NCBI GenBank assembly: GCA_044892505.1 | Contig: CM097882.1 | Coordinates: 429,598,001-429,662,000 of the forward strand | Reading direction: 5' to 3' | From: Schmidtea nova | Taxonomy: Eukaryota | Length of the DNA stretch: 64,000 nucleotides | In this document: positions 11,075 to 22,241 of the stretch, piece by piece | Position numbering within the stretch: the stretch's first letter is position 1 | Layout: each line of letters starts with the position of its first letter | Notes under the pieces: generated by a model | What the model saw: only the letters and a program-made list of their open reading frames with translations | What the model was told of the DNA's origin: nothing | Database searches by the model: none | Position numbers and translations under genes: made by a program

Positions 11075-12071
11075 ATCCAAATTTGTACACGTTCGCAACA
11101 ATATATTTATAAATAAAATTGATTAGTCTTGGTTTCGTTGCACATGGATTGCAATGTCCTTGTTTCGTTGCACATGAATTGCAATGTCTTTGTTTCGTTG
11201 CACATGGATTGCAATGTCTTTGTTGTAATTGGGGTAAGAAAAAGTCGTTGAAAAATTATAACACACACATACACATCATACTTACCTTTCGAATGATACG
11301 TATATTATAAGGTTTGAAAAAGGATTGTAACACACACACCGTACTTACCTGACAATTACCTTTCGAATGATATTATAAAGTTTGAAGGTTTGAAAAAGGA
11401 TTGTAACACACACACCGTACTTACCTGACAATTACCTTTCGAATGATATTATAATGTTTGAAGATTTTGTACTCTTTGAAGGTTGAGCACCCACCATAGA
11501 TCTTCGAAGGTATGACCATTGTGTGCACCCTTCAATTACCTTTCGATTGATATGTATATTATAAGGATTGTAAAAGGTTGAAGATTTTTGACCCTTTGAA
11601 GGTTAAGAACTCTCCATACACCTTCGGGGGTAAGACCATCTTACTTACCTCTCAATTACCTTTCGAATGATATGTTTATTATAAGGATTGTAAAAGGTTG
11701 AAGGTTTTTGACCCCTTGAAAGTTAAGAACATTCCATAAACCTTCGAGGGTATGACCATTGGATAGACCTCTCCAAGACCTTTCGAATGATACCCTAGTT
11801 TGAAGGTTTGACCTTATTTGACCTTTGGAAATTTAAATTTAAAATCTGAAATCTGAAATGCGTCATCGATGACGTCATAAAATTCAAATTTGAAACGACT
11901 CATCAATGAGTCATCAATGCAGTCATCGATGAATCATCAATGACGTCATCAATGACGTCATCGACGAGTCATTTGACGAGTCATCGATGAGTCATTGGGG
12001 ATATGGGTGACTAATCGATGACGTCATTTCCTTTGTTCTGGGATGACTCATAGTGCACACTTCTGTCTACT
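11075..12071 (-). repeat. Polinton right TIR, with 3x30-bp tandem repeat (11130-11222) and CRE/AP-1-like arrays
   Basis: Inverted copy of 4788-5455 with extra subrepeat units. Confidence 0.88.
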
Positions 12072-12189
12072 GCCATCCGTACTGTTGGTGTATTGCTCTT
12101 TTAAATTTAAACAAAATATTAACCTTCTACTTCCTTTCACTCATTTACCTTCTACCTTTGCTCTGTTTCCTTTCTAGGGTCGCAATACA

Positions 12190-12360
12190 CACATAAAAAC
12201 CATACTGTATGTGTACCCGTGAATTTCCCTATTTATTCACGTTGGTAATGTACATAACAGCCGATCGCAAGCCAGCAGGTGAGCTCCTTCACAAGAACTA
12301 CTCCTGACTTGTCGCATCGTTCGGGTTCTACTTGACCGATAGAAGGTCTGATTCATACTA
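12190..12360 (-). ncRNA. Structured RNA family 1, copy C2
   Basis: AGACC-TTCTATC-GGT...GAACCC; GAGTAGTTCTT-GTGA-AGGAGCTCAC (GNRA loop); GTAC-ATTACCAA-CGTGAAT...TAGGGAA-ATTCACG-G-GTAC. Confidence 0.75.
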
Positions 12361-12553
12361 TCCCTTCACCCAGTCGGAGGTCTCTAATTTGGGTGAACTT
12401 AATACTCTAACGCTATCGTTCTAGTTACTTCAACCTGATACTCTATATTTCATTCACGATCCTACCCTTTATTTCCAAAAGCACAAGACAAATATTAACT
12501 CAACCACATTTATCATTCATATATTTAATTAACGCACAAAATGACATTCATTG

Positions 12554-13063
12554 TTAGTTATCGTGCACATTTACTGTCTCAATGTTCTTTAGCACAATAT
12601 TTGATGTAGAGTTATTCTTCTCGTCGGCGAGTTTCTGTTTCAGTTGTCATCGTCTCTGCGCATGTGACTTTCGACGATTTCGGGGTCTTCACTCCTGTGA
12701 TCCTTTCGTGATTTCCATTTCCGTCTCCTCACCGGGCAATCTGGTGAACCACTTTTCGAGGGTCATTGGCCTGATATGATCTCGTAGATGTACAGTCACA
12801 AAATTTTCGGTAATCATGCGCCGTCAGTTTTTCACTTCTAGCCTGGTCGCTTCTAGCTCGATCCGCTGCTCTTCGATCGTCGCTCGTGCTCGTTGTAATT
12901 TTTCTTGAACTCTCTTCATCTCCGCAGGAGAAAAATAACTCTCCTCTAAACTATTTAAATATATTAAAATTAACAAACATTTTAGAAAATAGTTCTATTT
13001 AAATTTTAAATTAATCAATTATGCACCGTTTAATCTCCCCATCGTTTCTTGATTTGATGTCAT
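12554..13063 (-). pseudogene. ORF2 family coiled-coil protein of unit B, with a putative 81-bp intron (12946-13026) and internal stops
   Basis: MTSNQETMGRLN|EESYFSPAEMKRVQEKLQR...LRDHIRPMTLEKW aligns with WFSPEQMK...LRALIRPITAQRW of 62319-62903. GT-AG removal restores the frame. Confidence 0.65.
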
Positions 13064-13349
13064 GAGTTTTCTAAGGAAATTTAGGAAAAATTAGCGGTCG
13101 TTTGTAGTGGCGATTTGTCTACTAAATTTAATCCCTTCGTCTCTATACTATTTCCACTCCCGGGTGATTCGTATCAATCACTACTCTCATTACCTTTAAC
13201 GTTATCACGTTACAAATTTAATATGTTCAATTGTATATTATTGATTACGTCAAGTTAGTAAACAGAATGAAGGCAACGCATATAACGAAATGAACACAAA
13301 ACTGATGATATTTTTAACTAAACATTTTACAAACAATTTCGGATGATAG

Positions 13350-13850
13350 TTAGCGTAAATCAATGCATTCGACCACATCATCTTCATACTCCATTTCTTG
13401 AGGATCCGTTGGACTGAGAGGAGAATCAAATCTTCCTTCGGTTATAGCAGGGCCCACAACAAATCGGCCAAGACTCAAAAAATCCTCGATAGGGATTGTT
13501 CCGGTGTAATAAATCCTGAATCGCCCAGGGATCTCAGTAGGCGATTCAACGAAATATCTAGACAGGTCTTTGGGATAATCCCAGTAAACGTCCACTGGCC
13601 AGGCTCGACTACCGTGCCAGGTTATTATATCTGGACTGTCTTGGTGCAGGCTGAATGGGGGCTCCCTGCTCTTCTCTAGGAATGATGCTTGGTCTTTATC
13701 GACGATCTGTTGTGCTAGATCCGTCGGGATGTTTTTCAGTTGGAGCGCCCACACCAGATAATTCTCCCTTTTTGGCGATTCTTGTTCGTGAGATCCTCTC
13801 TCTGACGTATCCTTGTTCATCACGTTTACGCGAATGCTTTCACGCTGCAT
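13350..13850 (-). CDS. ORF1 family protein of unit B, 166 aa, function unknown
   Basis: WHGSRAWP...RIYYTGTIPIEDFLSLG aligns with WYRGCASWP...VIYWGFIPASTFKELG of 61507-61983. Confidence 0.7.
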   Translation of the reverse strand: MQRESIRVNVMNKDTSERGSHEQESPKRENYLVWALQLKNIPTDLAQQIVDKDQASFLEKSREPPFSLHQDSPDIITWHGSRAWPVDVYWDYPKDLSRYFVESPTEIPGRFRIYYTGTIPIEDFLSLGRFVVGPAITEGRFDSPLSPTDPQEMEYEDDVVECIDLR

Positions 13851-15265
13851 ATTTTATTCTACGCATATATATATATATATATATGAGATTTAAGCAATTT
13901 TTACGGATTATTGGGGGTAGAAAACGTCTCTCCCTGAAGTATAACTAGTCGAATTACTATGGGCTTGGGTTTACCTGGTCGCCAGAACTCTTGTTACTGA
14001 TTTACAATCAAAATTTAAATTCATAGTTGGTCCCTCCTTGAATATTTAATATCCCATTTGTTTATACTAATTTTTAGGTTTCATTTCCTAGTAGTGCATT
14101 ATTTGAGTTTAGTTAAATTGCTTAAATTATCGTGACATTTATAAGTGGAAAGATCGACTACTTGACTGAACTGATAATTGAATTTCCTGTCGTTCTCATT
14201 TACTCTCTACAAATCTCGAGGAGTGACTCGTTCCGCTCGCGTTTATAAATTATCCACTCATGTAAATACAATTGAGTTCTTGTTAGTCACTCCGCCTACC
14301 TCAGAATTTTCCCATTACTACTTGACAATTTCCCGGACACGTAGTCATGTATCTTAGATATGTCACGGTCTACACTGCTGCCTACTAATGGTAGTAGCGA
14401 TCTCCCACTTGAAATATTTCAAGTTCAACTAAATAGGAATTACAATCAATCCGAAAGCACTTGAAAATTCATGCGCGACAAAAAATGGACTTGATTATTC
14501 TACATTGCCTACTCGTCGGATTTGCCTATGAAAATTTTATCACTGGGTTTGGTTAAATGGTTATTTAGTTTTGCTCTGTTCAATACTTGGATAACGCATT
14601 AATTTGGAAAAACATCGGGGATTATCTCTTTTGATACGATGAAAACTTTTCTACCCGGTTATAACGAGACCTTACTTCTATTATCTCACAAATTTATCGG
14701 GAGAAATAGTAACAAGCGATTACAAGATGGTTAAAATAAGATGGATTATTAAATTGTCTTTCATCGGCAGGTACACCATACGCTGGGCCAAACATGAATT
14801 GACCTGATTTTCTCCAAGATGATCTCTATAACTACTTTACTTCCCTATCCATTTTTAAGCTTTTCCCTCCATGAGAACCTATCGAGTTCTCTGCTATCTA
14901 CTACACTGGAAACCTGCATCGCACGGCTCAGACATTCAAAATTAACATAAAAAGGTCTAATACGGAAATCCCCATCCTCACCCCGTTCCCGAAGGCCCGA
15001 AACGAAGATGGAAACTCCCGAAGAGCCGACAAATCCGGCTCGATTGTCGAGACCCTCGCATTATCTATGCATAATATGAAACAAGTGATAACACATTGTT
15101 ATAATCATAAAATTTTATTTAACAGCAATACAAGTAACTTACAATTTACTTCCGAGCAAATTTTTGGATTAAGACCTTGTCCTCCGAGTGTTGGTATGAT
15201 AATAGTGCAAATATGTGCTGGATGCGAAAATTAGTTGTTTTGGGGTGTGGAAATGACATTGTTAG

Positions 15266-15317
15266 ACTGACCTGAGCGCTTCCTTATATAGTAAAATCGG
15301 TGCTCAGGCAGCCAATC
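15266..15317 (-). promoter_or_regulatory. Unit B core promoter: GATTGG (CCAAT), TATATAAG, TCAGT initiator
   Basis: Same CCAAT-then-TATA order and a similar position near the 5' end as in units D and H. Confidence 0.6.
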
Positions 15318-16002
15318 AAAATTCAGCTAGTGTTTATTTGGTCCAATGACCCGTTTTTATCTATTATTTTATTTTATTCAATCATTTTATTTTATTTATT
15401 ATTATTTTATTATTTTCTCTATTAATTTCCTTTATTTTATTTAATTCTTTTTATTTCCTAATTTCTACTCAATTTCGCATTTTTTATCACTTTTTTCTTG
15501 ATTTTTCATTTTCATTTTTGTTTTAATTGTATTCCTTTTGTTAATGATTATTTTTCAACTTGTTTATTATTATTGATATATTTCTCATTAACTTTTCTCT
15601 TTTCCTAATTAATTATTTAATTCCCACTATCATTTGTTCTTGTACCAACCCAACAGTACATACCAGTTTCCTCCGTTAAATTTTTATTTTTAATTTTTTC
15701 AAATTTTTAATTAATTTTTGAACTTTAATCATCCTTTTCTGATTTTGTGTTTTACATTGATTTTCACATAGTTTTTATGCTTTTTGTTGTATTTCATGTT
15801 TATCTAAGCTTGACCCCAACAATTCCAATTATAATTTAGTGATTTACGATTAGGTAAAATCTGCGTAACGTGGTTTTTCAAACTACCTATTCCCTAATAA
15901 ATAAATATGGAAAGGTCAGGTATACTGTTAGTGGAGATTAAACGACAAACAATTTTTTTTAATTTATCTCCTGAAACACCGGGGTCAATGTTTTAATTGA
16001 AA

Positions 16003-16117
16003 ATGGGACTAAAATGGGCAAGGCATATTTTATCGGTCGCCTTTGAACCCACCCGCAACATTCGGAAAATTATAGTTTCGATTAATTAGACGCCCACTTC
16101 TTGCGAATGTCCACCCT
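16003..16117 (+). ncRNA. Structured RNA family 1, copy C3 (3'-truncated)
   Basis: ATGGGACTAAAATGGGCA...TATCGG...GAACCC...CATTCG/CGAATG; close to C1. Confidence 0.6.
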
Positions 16118-16183
16118 GTAAAGGTTATATTTTGTTGCTATTTTTTATTATTTTTATTTTATGTAAAGGTTATATATTAATAT

Positions 16184-17042
16184 TGTTGGGGTTGTTATAA
16201 TCACAGAAAATAAATTTAAAAATTGCACAAATAAATAAAAATATAAAAAATTGGAAAAATAATAATTAATGTTCAAACATTAATTAAAAAATTTACAAAA
16301 AATTAAAATAAAGTTTGAGCGGGGAAAACTGGTATGGGAAGATGCCAAATGATGAGACGAATTCAAATATGGGTATATAAAATTGAAATAGGACCCCCAG
16401 AAAGATAAATTAAGAAAATACAAATTAATTAAAAAAATAGTTAATCGTCTAATGGAAAACCCGAGTCAATGGGAAACCCGAGCTTATGGGAAACCCGAGC
16501 GATGTGGGAAACCCGGGGCACCAACAAAATCATTTAATTATCGAAATAAATTTAATGCCCCGGGAAGAGACGAAAAAACCATTAACGGCGAAACTCAATT
16601 AGGCGGCGGTCAAACAAATTTAATTATCTCATTTTCTCCAGATCCAATTAAGCCGACAGGATGACAACAAAAAGTAGTATATAAACGGAGAGCAAATTGC
16701 CGATATCGCCATTTGGTCAAAGTCAAAGTTTCGAGGCCAGCTGATCGAAGAATAAAAGTAGGCGCAACGTGAAGCAAACCGTTAGAAGACATTTGAAGGA
16801 GACGTTGGAAGAAAATCAAAAGTAGAGTTTATACTTAATCTATTGCGTGTCAGAGAGGGAGATATCCCATTGGGTGTTCTACCCTCACGCGAAGAGTGCA
16901 GAACCTGCGTAACTTTTTGTGATAAAAAGAGTTGTGATCAATTGACAAATAAAGAAAGTTATTGTGTTGGGTCTTGTTTATTTTGTAATCGAAAGAGAAC
17001 ACCGGAGTCAGAAACTACCGACTTAACACTAATAACCCAACA
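16184..17042 (+). mobile_element. Solo LTR (859 bp), Gypsy-type TSD
   Basis: TGTTGGGG...AACCCAACA, 4-bp TSD ATAT, AATAAA near the 3' end, GGAAACCCGAG subrepeats at 16455-16515. Confidence 0.75.
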
Positions 17043-17043
17043 A

Positions 17044-17949
17044 TATTATTAAAAAGACCAATTTGCCATTTCAAAATATATTTATGGGAAATATATTTCG
17101 ATGGTATAACCATCATCGTCAGTCCTAAAATTATCGATTATTTAAACAAATTATGCGGTCAAATATAAGTAACTACTATACGCATTGTGCAAATTTAAAG
17201 AATGAAAAATAAAATATTTTTCTTCTTTCCCTCTCTTCTAAAATAACGCACTAAATAGATTTGTTGTCTCACTTTGTAAATTAATCTTAGGATCCATAGA
17301 TTTGATATACAAAGCTTCACAAACCACTCTTTCCCAGTAACTGGAAAAATTTCTATTCACAATTTTAAAATCTTTAACATCGATAATTGTATTTTTACAG
17401 ATTTTTTAACATGCTCACAAATATTACTGACACCATTAGGTCTAGAATGTTTTCGAATGTAGTTTATCAATTTAATTGTAATGGGTGTAATGCCACATAC
17501 ATTGGAGAGACTGCCCGTCATCTCTGTACTCGCATTCGTGAACATTCTAGACCTAATGGTGTCAGTAATATTTGTGAGCATGTTAATAAAATCTGTAAAA
17601 ATACAATTATCGATGTTAAAGATTTTAAAATTGTGAATAGAAATTTTTTCAGTTACTGGGAAAGAGTGGTTTGTGAAGCTTTGTATATCAAATCTTTGGA
17701 TCCTAATATTAATTTACAAAGTGAGACAACAAATCTATTGAGTGCGTTTAATTAGAAGAGAGGGAAAGAAGAAAAATATTTTATTTTTCATTCTTTAAAT
17801 TTGCACAATGCGTATAGTAGTTACTTATATTTGACCGCATAATTTGTTTAAATAATCGATAATTTTAGGACTGAAGATGATGGTTATACCATCGAAATAT
17901 ATTTCCCATAAATATATTTTGAAATGGCAAATTGGTCTTTTTAATAATA
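17044..17949. mobile_element. Penelope-like element 2: GIY-YIG 3' fragment with inverted duplication
   Basis: Inverted arms 17044-17451 and 17541-17949. The plus strand from about 17452 reads NVVYQFNCNGCNATYIGETARHLCTRIREH...EALYIKSLDPNINLQ. Confidence 0.9.
17867..17905 (+). ncRNA. Minimal hammerhead-like ribozyme (second copy 17088-17126 minus)
   Basis: AGGA-CUGA(A/C)GA-U-GAUGGU(UAU)ACCAUC-GAAA-UA-UA-UUUC. The core is canonical and the two copies differ at the tolerant N7 position; stem I is weak. Confidence 0.6.
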
Positions 17950-19949
17950 AATTGCCATTATTTTTCAGATATATTGATATTATTGTTATTTTTATTATCA
18001 TTATTAATATGTTCGGCGCTTTTTATCATCGGGGCAGCCTGGTGGATGTTCTTTCCCCTTTTTTTTGTTAGTTAGCTGATTTATGGCAATTGTGCCTTTA
18101 AACAATAATAATAATAATTATTAAAAAAATTAAATTCAAAAATAAAAAAATCGATAACAAAATTGAAAAAAGAAACTATAGAAACTATAGAAATAATAAA
18201 TCTTACAACTCCATTACTATACCAGCTAGCTGATGATAAAAATAAAAGTTTCATTTTGTAAAGTTTTAGTCCACAAAATTGGTTTTTGTCATTTTTTTCA
18301 ATTAGCAACAGAATTTTAAGAGCCTTACTACCTATAACAATAGCTGAAGATGAATACATAGTTAACAATCTTAACATGAACATTATAATTATTATAGTAG
18401 GCTGTTTAGAATTCGCGTGCTGGGGGCGCCAGATATGTGAACCGCACAGGGCGCAATAATGCATTGTTAGGGCCCTGCACGTCCTAGTAAATTTTTTGAG
18501 AAATAATTTTAGTCCGACAACTTTAATTTATTAATTAATGTCATTGAGTCAATATAATCTTATAACTTCTAAATAATATCATATATAATTTATAAGTATT
18601 ATCTTTTTATTTCAACCTTGATCTTTTTTGAATTCAATAATTTTCGTTTAAAAGACTATAGATCAAAAATATTTTTTGATCTAGTCTTACAAAAATTAAT
18701 ATGAAAATTATTGAATTTATAAGTAATATAATATCAAAAAAAGAAATGTTATATAAGAATGATATTTTTCTTTATTCTAATAAATAAACGAAATATTAAA
18801 TATTTTTGCTATTCTTTTAATGCATTATTTTTAATAGATGAAATCAATTTAAATTCATGTTAAACTTGTTGCAACTATTTTTTTCTAATTTGGTTTGAAG
18901 GAGAAATCAATTATCTTTACGAAAGTGATTTCATTTTCATCGTGATGATCTATATGAAAAGTATTATTTGTGTTATTGTCCAATAAATATATCTAATTTT
19001 TATTTCCTAGCAATAGTTATAGAAAATTAGATTAAAATCAAAGGAAAACTGTAATGTGAGTTGTTATATTTGATTGCTCATCATATAAATACTTGTATAT
19101 GTATCAATTAATTGAATAAATTCATTAAACATTGATTTTTGATCATTTTTTTGTAAATTAAAAAAATTATAACACTCAACTAAAGATACTTTTTTCTTTA
19201 GTCAGAAAGCTTTATTTTTTCACATTGGTTACAAAATGTTTATAGTAGAAAATGAAAGTTTTTCCAACTGATAATTAATCATCACAGTAGATAAATAATA
19301 TCTATTGCAATTGATTTGATTAAAACGTAGTAGAAAGTTAAAAAATTGTGAAAAATAAAAAAATGTCGAGATTTCAAAATATGATAAAAATCGATAACTT
19401 TTAAAAATCAACCTTTAAAAAATGAAATAGTTTACAAATTTTTATTTTTCATTTAATAAAAATAAATGTGTTTCTATCGATACTGCATGCTGCATTTTAA
19501 ATAGTTGAATCGATTATTTTACAAGGTTAATGCTTACTAAAATTGATTTTAGTGTTGTTTCAAGACTGGCCAACATTGATTTGTGTTTATTCTTGCAAAT
19601 GAAAATCTTTTTATATTAGTCAACTACATGACATTTTAATTATCTAAATTATTATAATCAGAAAGCATTATTTTATGGCAGATTAAAGCTTTACCAGTTA
19701 AACATTAATGAGCAATATAATACAGAACTAAAATATATCAAAAATTATTTGAATGCGTTGGGCAAAAACTGGAAATCTGTAAATTTTGTTTTAATACAAC
19801 TACAACTCCTAACATTGCACAAGAAGTCTATTTAAAACCTGACATAAAACGCCAATTAAAACTTTAAATAAAACCTAAAAATATTCTTAATAGCAATATA
19901 TCTGATAAGTCTAATCTTATTGTGTCAATAAACATTTGATTCCATACAT

Positions 19950-20290
19950 CTCAGTAGTTTTTTGACTTCCTGGAAAAACTCCGCATTTTCGCTGCTTTTT
20001 AATTTTGGACTGCCTATTTTATTCTATATCCCTTCATTCATCACTATAATTAAAGCTCCAGTATCAAACAAGAGCTAAATTTCTTCATTTATCACCATCT
20101 TGCTATATTCTTCCATCTGATGTCGCATATCTCACTCCTGCTCTGACAATCCAATTTTTCTTCTTTATAATCCCATTAATGAATTGTATGCAAGATTTCT
20201 TCGTGTTTTTTTCTCAGTTTTATTACATACATGAATTGTGTATTCATTAATTGAATCTTGAGTTTCTGATTTGTCAGAGTAATTGTCCAT
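19950..20290 (-). pseudogene. Gypsy-type aspartic protease remnant
   Basis: LLFDTGALIIVMNEGI*NKIGSPKLK. Confidence 0.6.
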
Positions 20291-20729
20291 CGTTATAAAA
20301 TAATTACACTAATAAAAATGTTTTTATTAATAAAACAGACTTAAAATAGTTTAATAGTACAATAGTTATGTTGGGCCTGCTAAATATCAAAAAACGCAAA
20401 AAACTATTGTAGTTAATTAAAACATAAAGTGAAAAAGTAGCCAATTTTAACTATTAAGGACCCAACAGGAAACTAAAAATAAACAAATAAGAAAAATAAT
20501 AAATTACCAATTATAAGCTTAGGTCCAACGTATCAGGAACCACAGAATAAGAAAAGCTAGAATGGAAAAAAACATGAAAATAATGTTAAAATAAAATAAA
20601 TAAAAATACTGTTCATTATTTCATTGATTGAATATTGATCCACGGAGTTGGAAAACTAAAATCTGGTACCAAATTTAATTAATTGATTAAAAAATAATGA
20701 AGGCCTACTATGAAGGGTGGCTTGATCCT

Positions 20730-20782
20730 GATTGGTCAATAGGACCAACTGGATTGGTATAAATACCGACACTAAACTCAGT
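20730..20782 (+). promoter_or_regulatory. Unit D core promoter: two GATTGG, TATAAATA, TCAGT
   Basis: Motifs at 20730, 20752, 20758 and 20778. Confidence 0.65.
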
Positions 20783-20914
20783 ATATTCAACATTTAACTT
20801 TTGAGATTTAGTTCAATTGTCGACTTTACTGACATTCAACTAATCAGACTTAGAATTTTCGAGCGAACGAAATCTTGTTAAAATTTTTCCGGAATTCCAG
20901 AGCAGAATTTTTAA

Positions 20915-21215
20915 TTTTCGTGGCAGCCCGAGTTGGCCAATTATCACAGCAAAAGATTTTGAAAATGGATACGCTGAAATGGATCGTGCTACTCTTGGAC
21001 GAATCGGGCCTTCCTCAAACGATTAATTATTGGGGCTTCATTCCGGCCTCCGCACTGAAGGAACTGGGATTCATCCTAATGACTGCAATCTGGCCCCTGC
21101 AAGAGACCCAGTAAAAATCATTGACCGCTTCAACCGACTCACCGAGCTCTATCTAAAAGGATCTGCAAATTCGTCATATTTTCTCATATAAAGACAAATT
21201 GTGCATCGAATGACC
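20915..21215 (+). pseudogene. ORF1 family fragment of unit D
   Basis: FRGSPSWPII.../WIVLLLDESGLPQTINYWGFIPASALKELGF...LQIRHIFSY; frameshift and stops; homologous to 61507-61983. Confidence 0.8.
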
Positions 21216-21349
21216 ATTGATTAATAAATGTATTCCCATTTTAAATTCGTTCAAGTCTAAAGTGTATAAATCTGTTCATTATAATTACCATTACCAAGTT
21301 ATGAAATAGCCGTTCACTAAAGATTTTCTTCGTTCCATTGTAGAAATTA

Positions 21350-21888
21350 GACGATGAATACAGCAAAAAATCGCTAATAACGTAGATAAACAGAGGCAGA
21401 ATCGGCAGATACGAGAGCTTCAACGACAAGTGCAAAGAATCACTGCCCAAAACGAAGTTTCGACAGAAATTGTTTGCTCCCGAAAAGATGAAGGGGCAAA
21501 TTATGAAGACAAACAGAGCCCCAAAAGCCTTGACAGAGACTAAGGTAGAACTCGACGCAGTTCAAAGATAATTACAGAGCTGCGTAAATGCGCTAGCCCG
21601 GTCGTACATTGACACCGAACTACGGGCTCTTATCAGACCAATCACGGCTCAACGATGGACAACAACCGGCGCAACTAACCCCTGAGTAGGCACCGACTGT
21701 AACGATCTGCCTACCTCGGATCCCATCGAAATCAAGCGGATCACAACTAATCTCTCGAACACTCTCACAGTCTCTAAGCGTAGAAGATTGGGGTCGAAGC
21801 AACGGCGCCGCAAGAGAGAATTTGCGTAACAGTTAGCCGCCCAAGTGGATAGGCTCAATGAGCTATCAGAACTGGATTTGCCGATTTA
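21350..21888 (+). pseudogene. ORF2 family pseudogene of unit D
   Basis: LFAPEKMKGQ...TKVELDAVQR*...RSYIDTELRALIRPITAQRW...LGSKQRRRKREFA; homologous to 62319-62903. Confidence 0.85.
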
Positions 21889-22072
21889 GAAAATTTGTAA
21901 ATAAAAATAAACCAATTGCGCTGATTTCCTTCTTGTTTATGGCAAATCCCAGATTGAATTAACTATAATTTTGAACGATATTATAGGTAACCGAAGCTAG
22001 AAAATTTAAAATAACCATTCACAAAATAATAGTAGGAACTGATAAAACTGATAGAACCGAAAAATTTAATTG

Positions 22073-22241
22073 ACAGCGTAAGACCTTTTATCGGCAGCGT
22101 GAACCTGGCGAGGAAATTTAATGGGGAGTAGTTGTAGCAGTAGAGTTTATCTGCCCATCATTTTTCCGCCACGTGCGCATTACCAACCCTGTTAATTAGG
22201 GAATAACTAGGGGCACAAGAGTGATAGTGTCGTTTTTATGT
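22073..22241 (+). ncRNA. Structured RNA family 1, copy C4
   Basis: GTAAGACC..TATCGGCAGC..GAACC; GGAAA..ATGGG/CCCAT..TTTCC; ATTACCAA, TAGGGAA loop, GGG. Confidence 0.7.

Larger units (their letters stand above)
4788..12071. mobile_element. Internally deleted Polinton/Maverick
   Basis: Both ends start AGTAG(G/A)CAGAAGTGTGCAC in inverted orientation. 6-bp TSD GCCATC at 4782-4787 and 12072-12077. Long TIRs and an internal pPolB remnant. Confidence 0.88.
12083..15655 (-). mobile_element. Giant solo-LTR-like coding unit B (3573 bp)
   Basis: The minus strand reads TGTTGGG...CACCAACA. TSD GTAC at 12079-12082 and 15656-15659. Order is promoter, ORF1, ORF2, structured RNA, as in units D and H. Confidence 0.85.

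Noticed and set aside
5412-11116. Track ORFs containing long X runs
   Set aside because: Artefacts of translating N gaps.
11130-11760. Regularly spaced repeats resembling a CRISPR array
   Set aside because: Tandem subrepeats of a Polinton TIR without unique spacers; eukaryotic context and no cas genes.
18400-18480. GC-rich end resembling a hAT MITE terminus (...TAGGGCCCTG) and a short palindrome at about 18652-18690
   Set aside because: No matching second terminus or TSD found.
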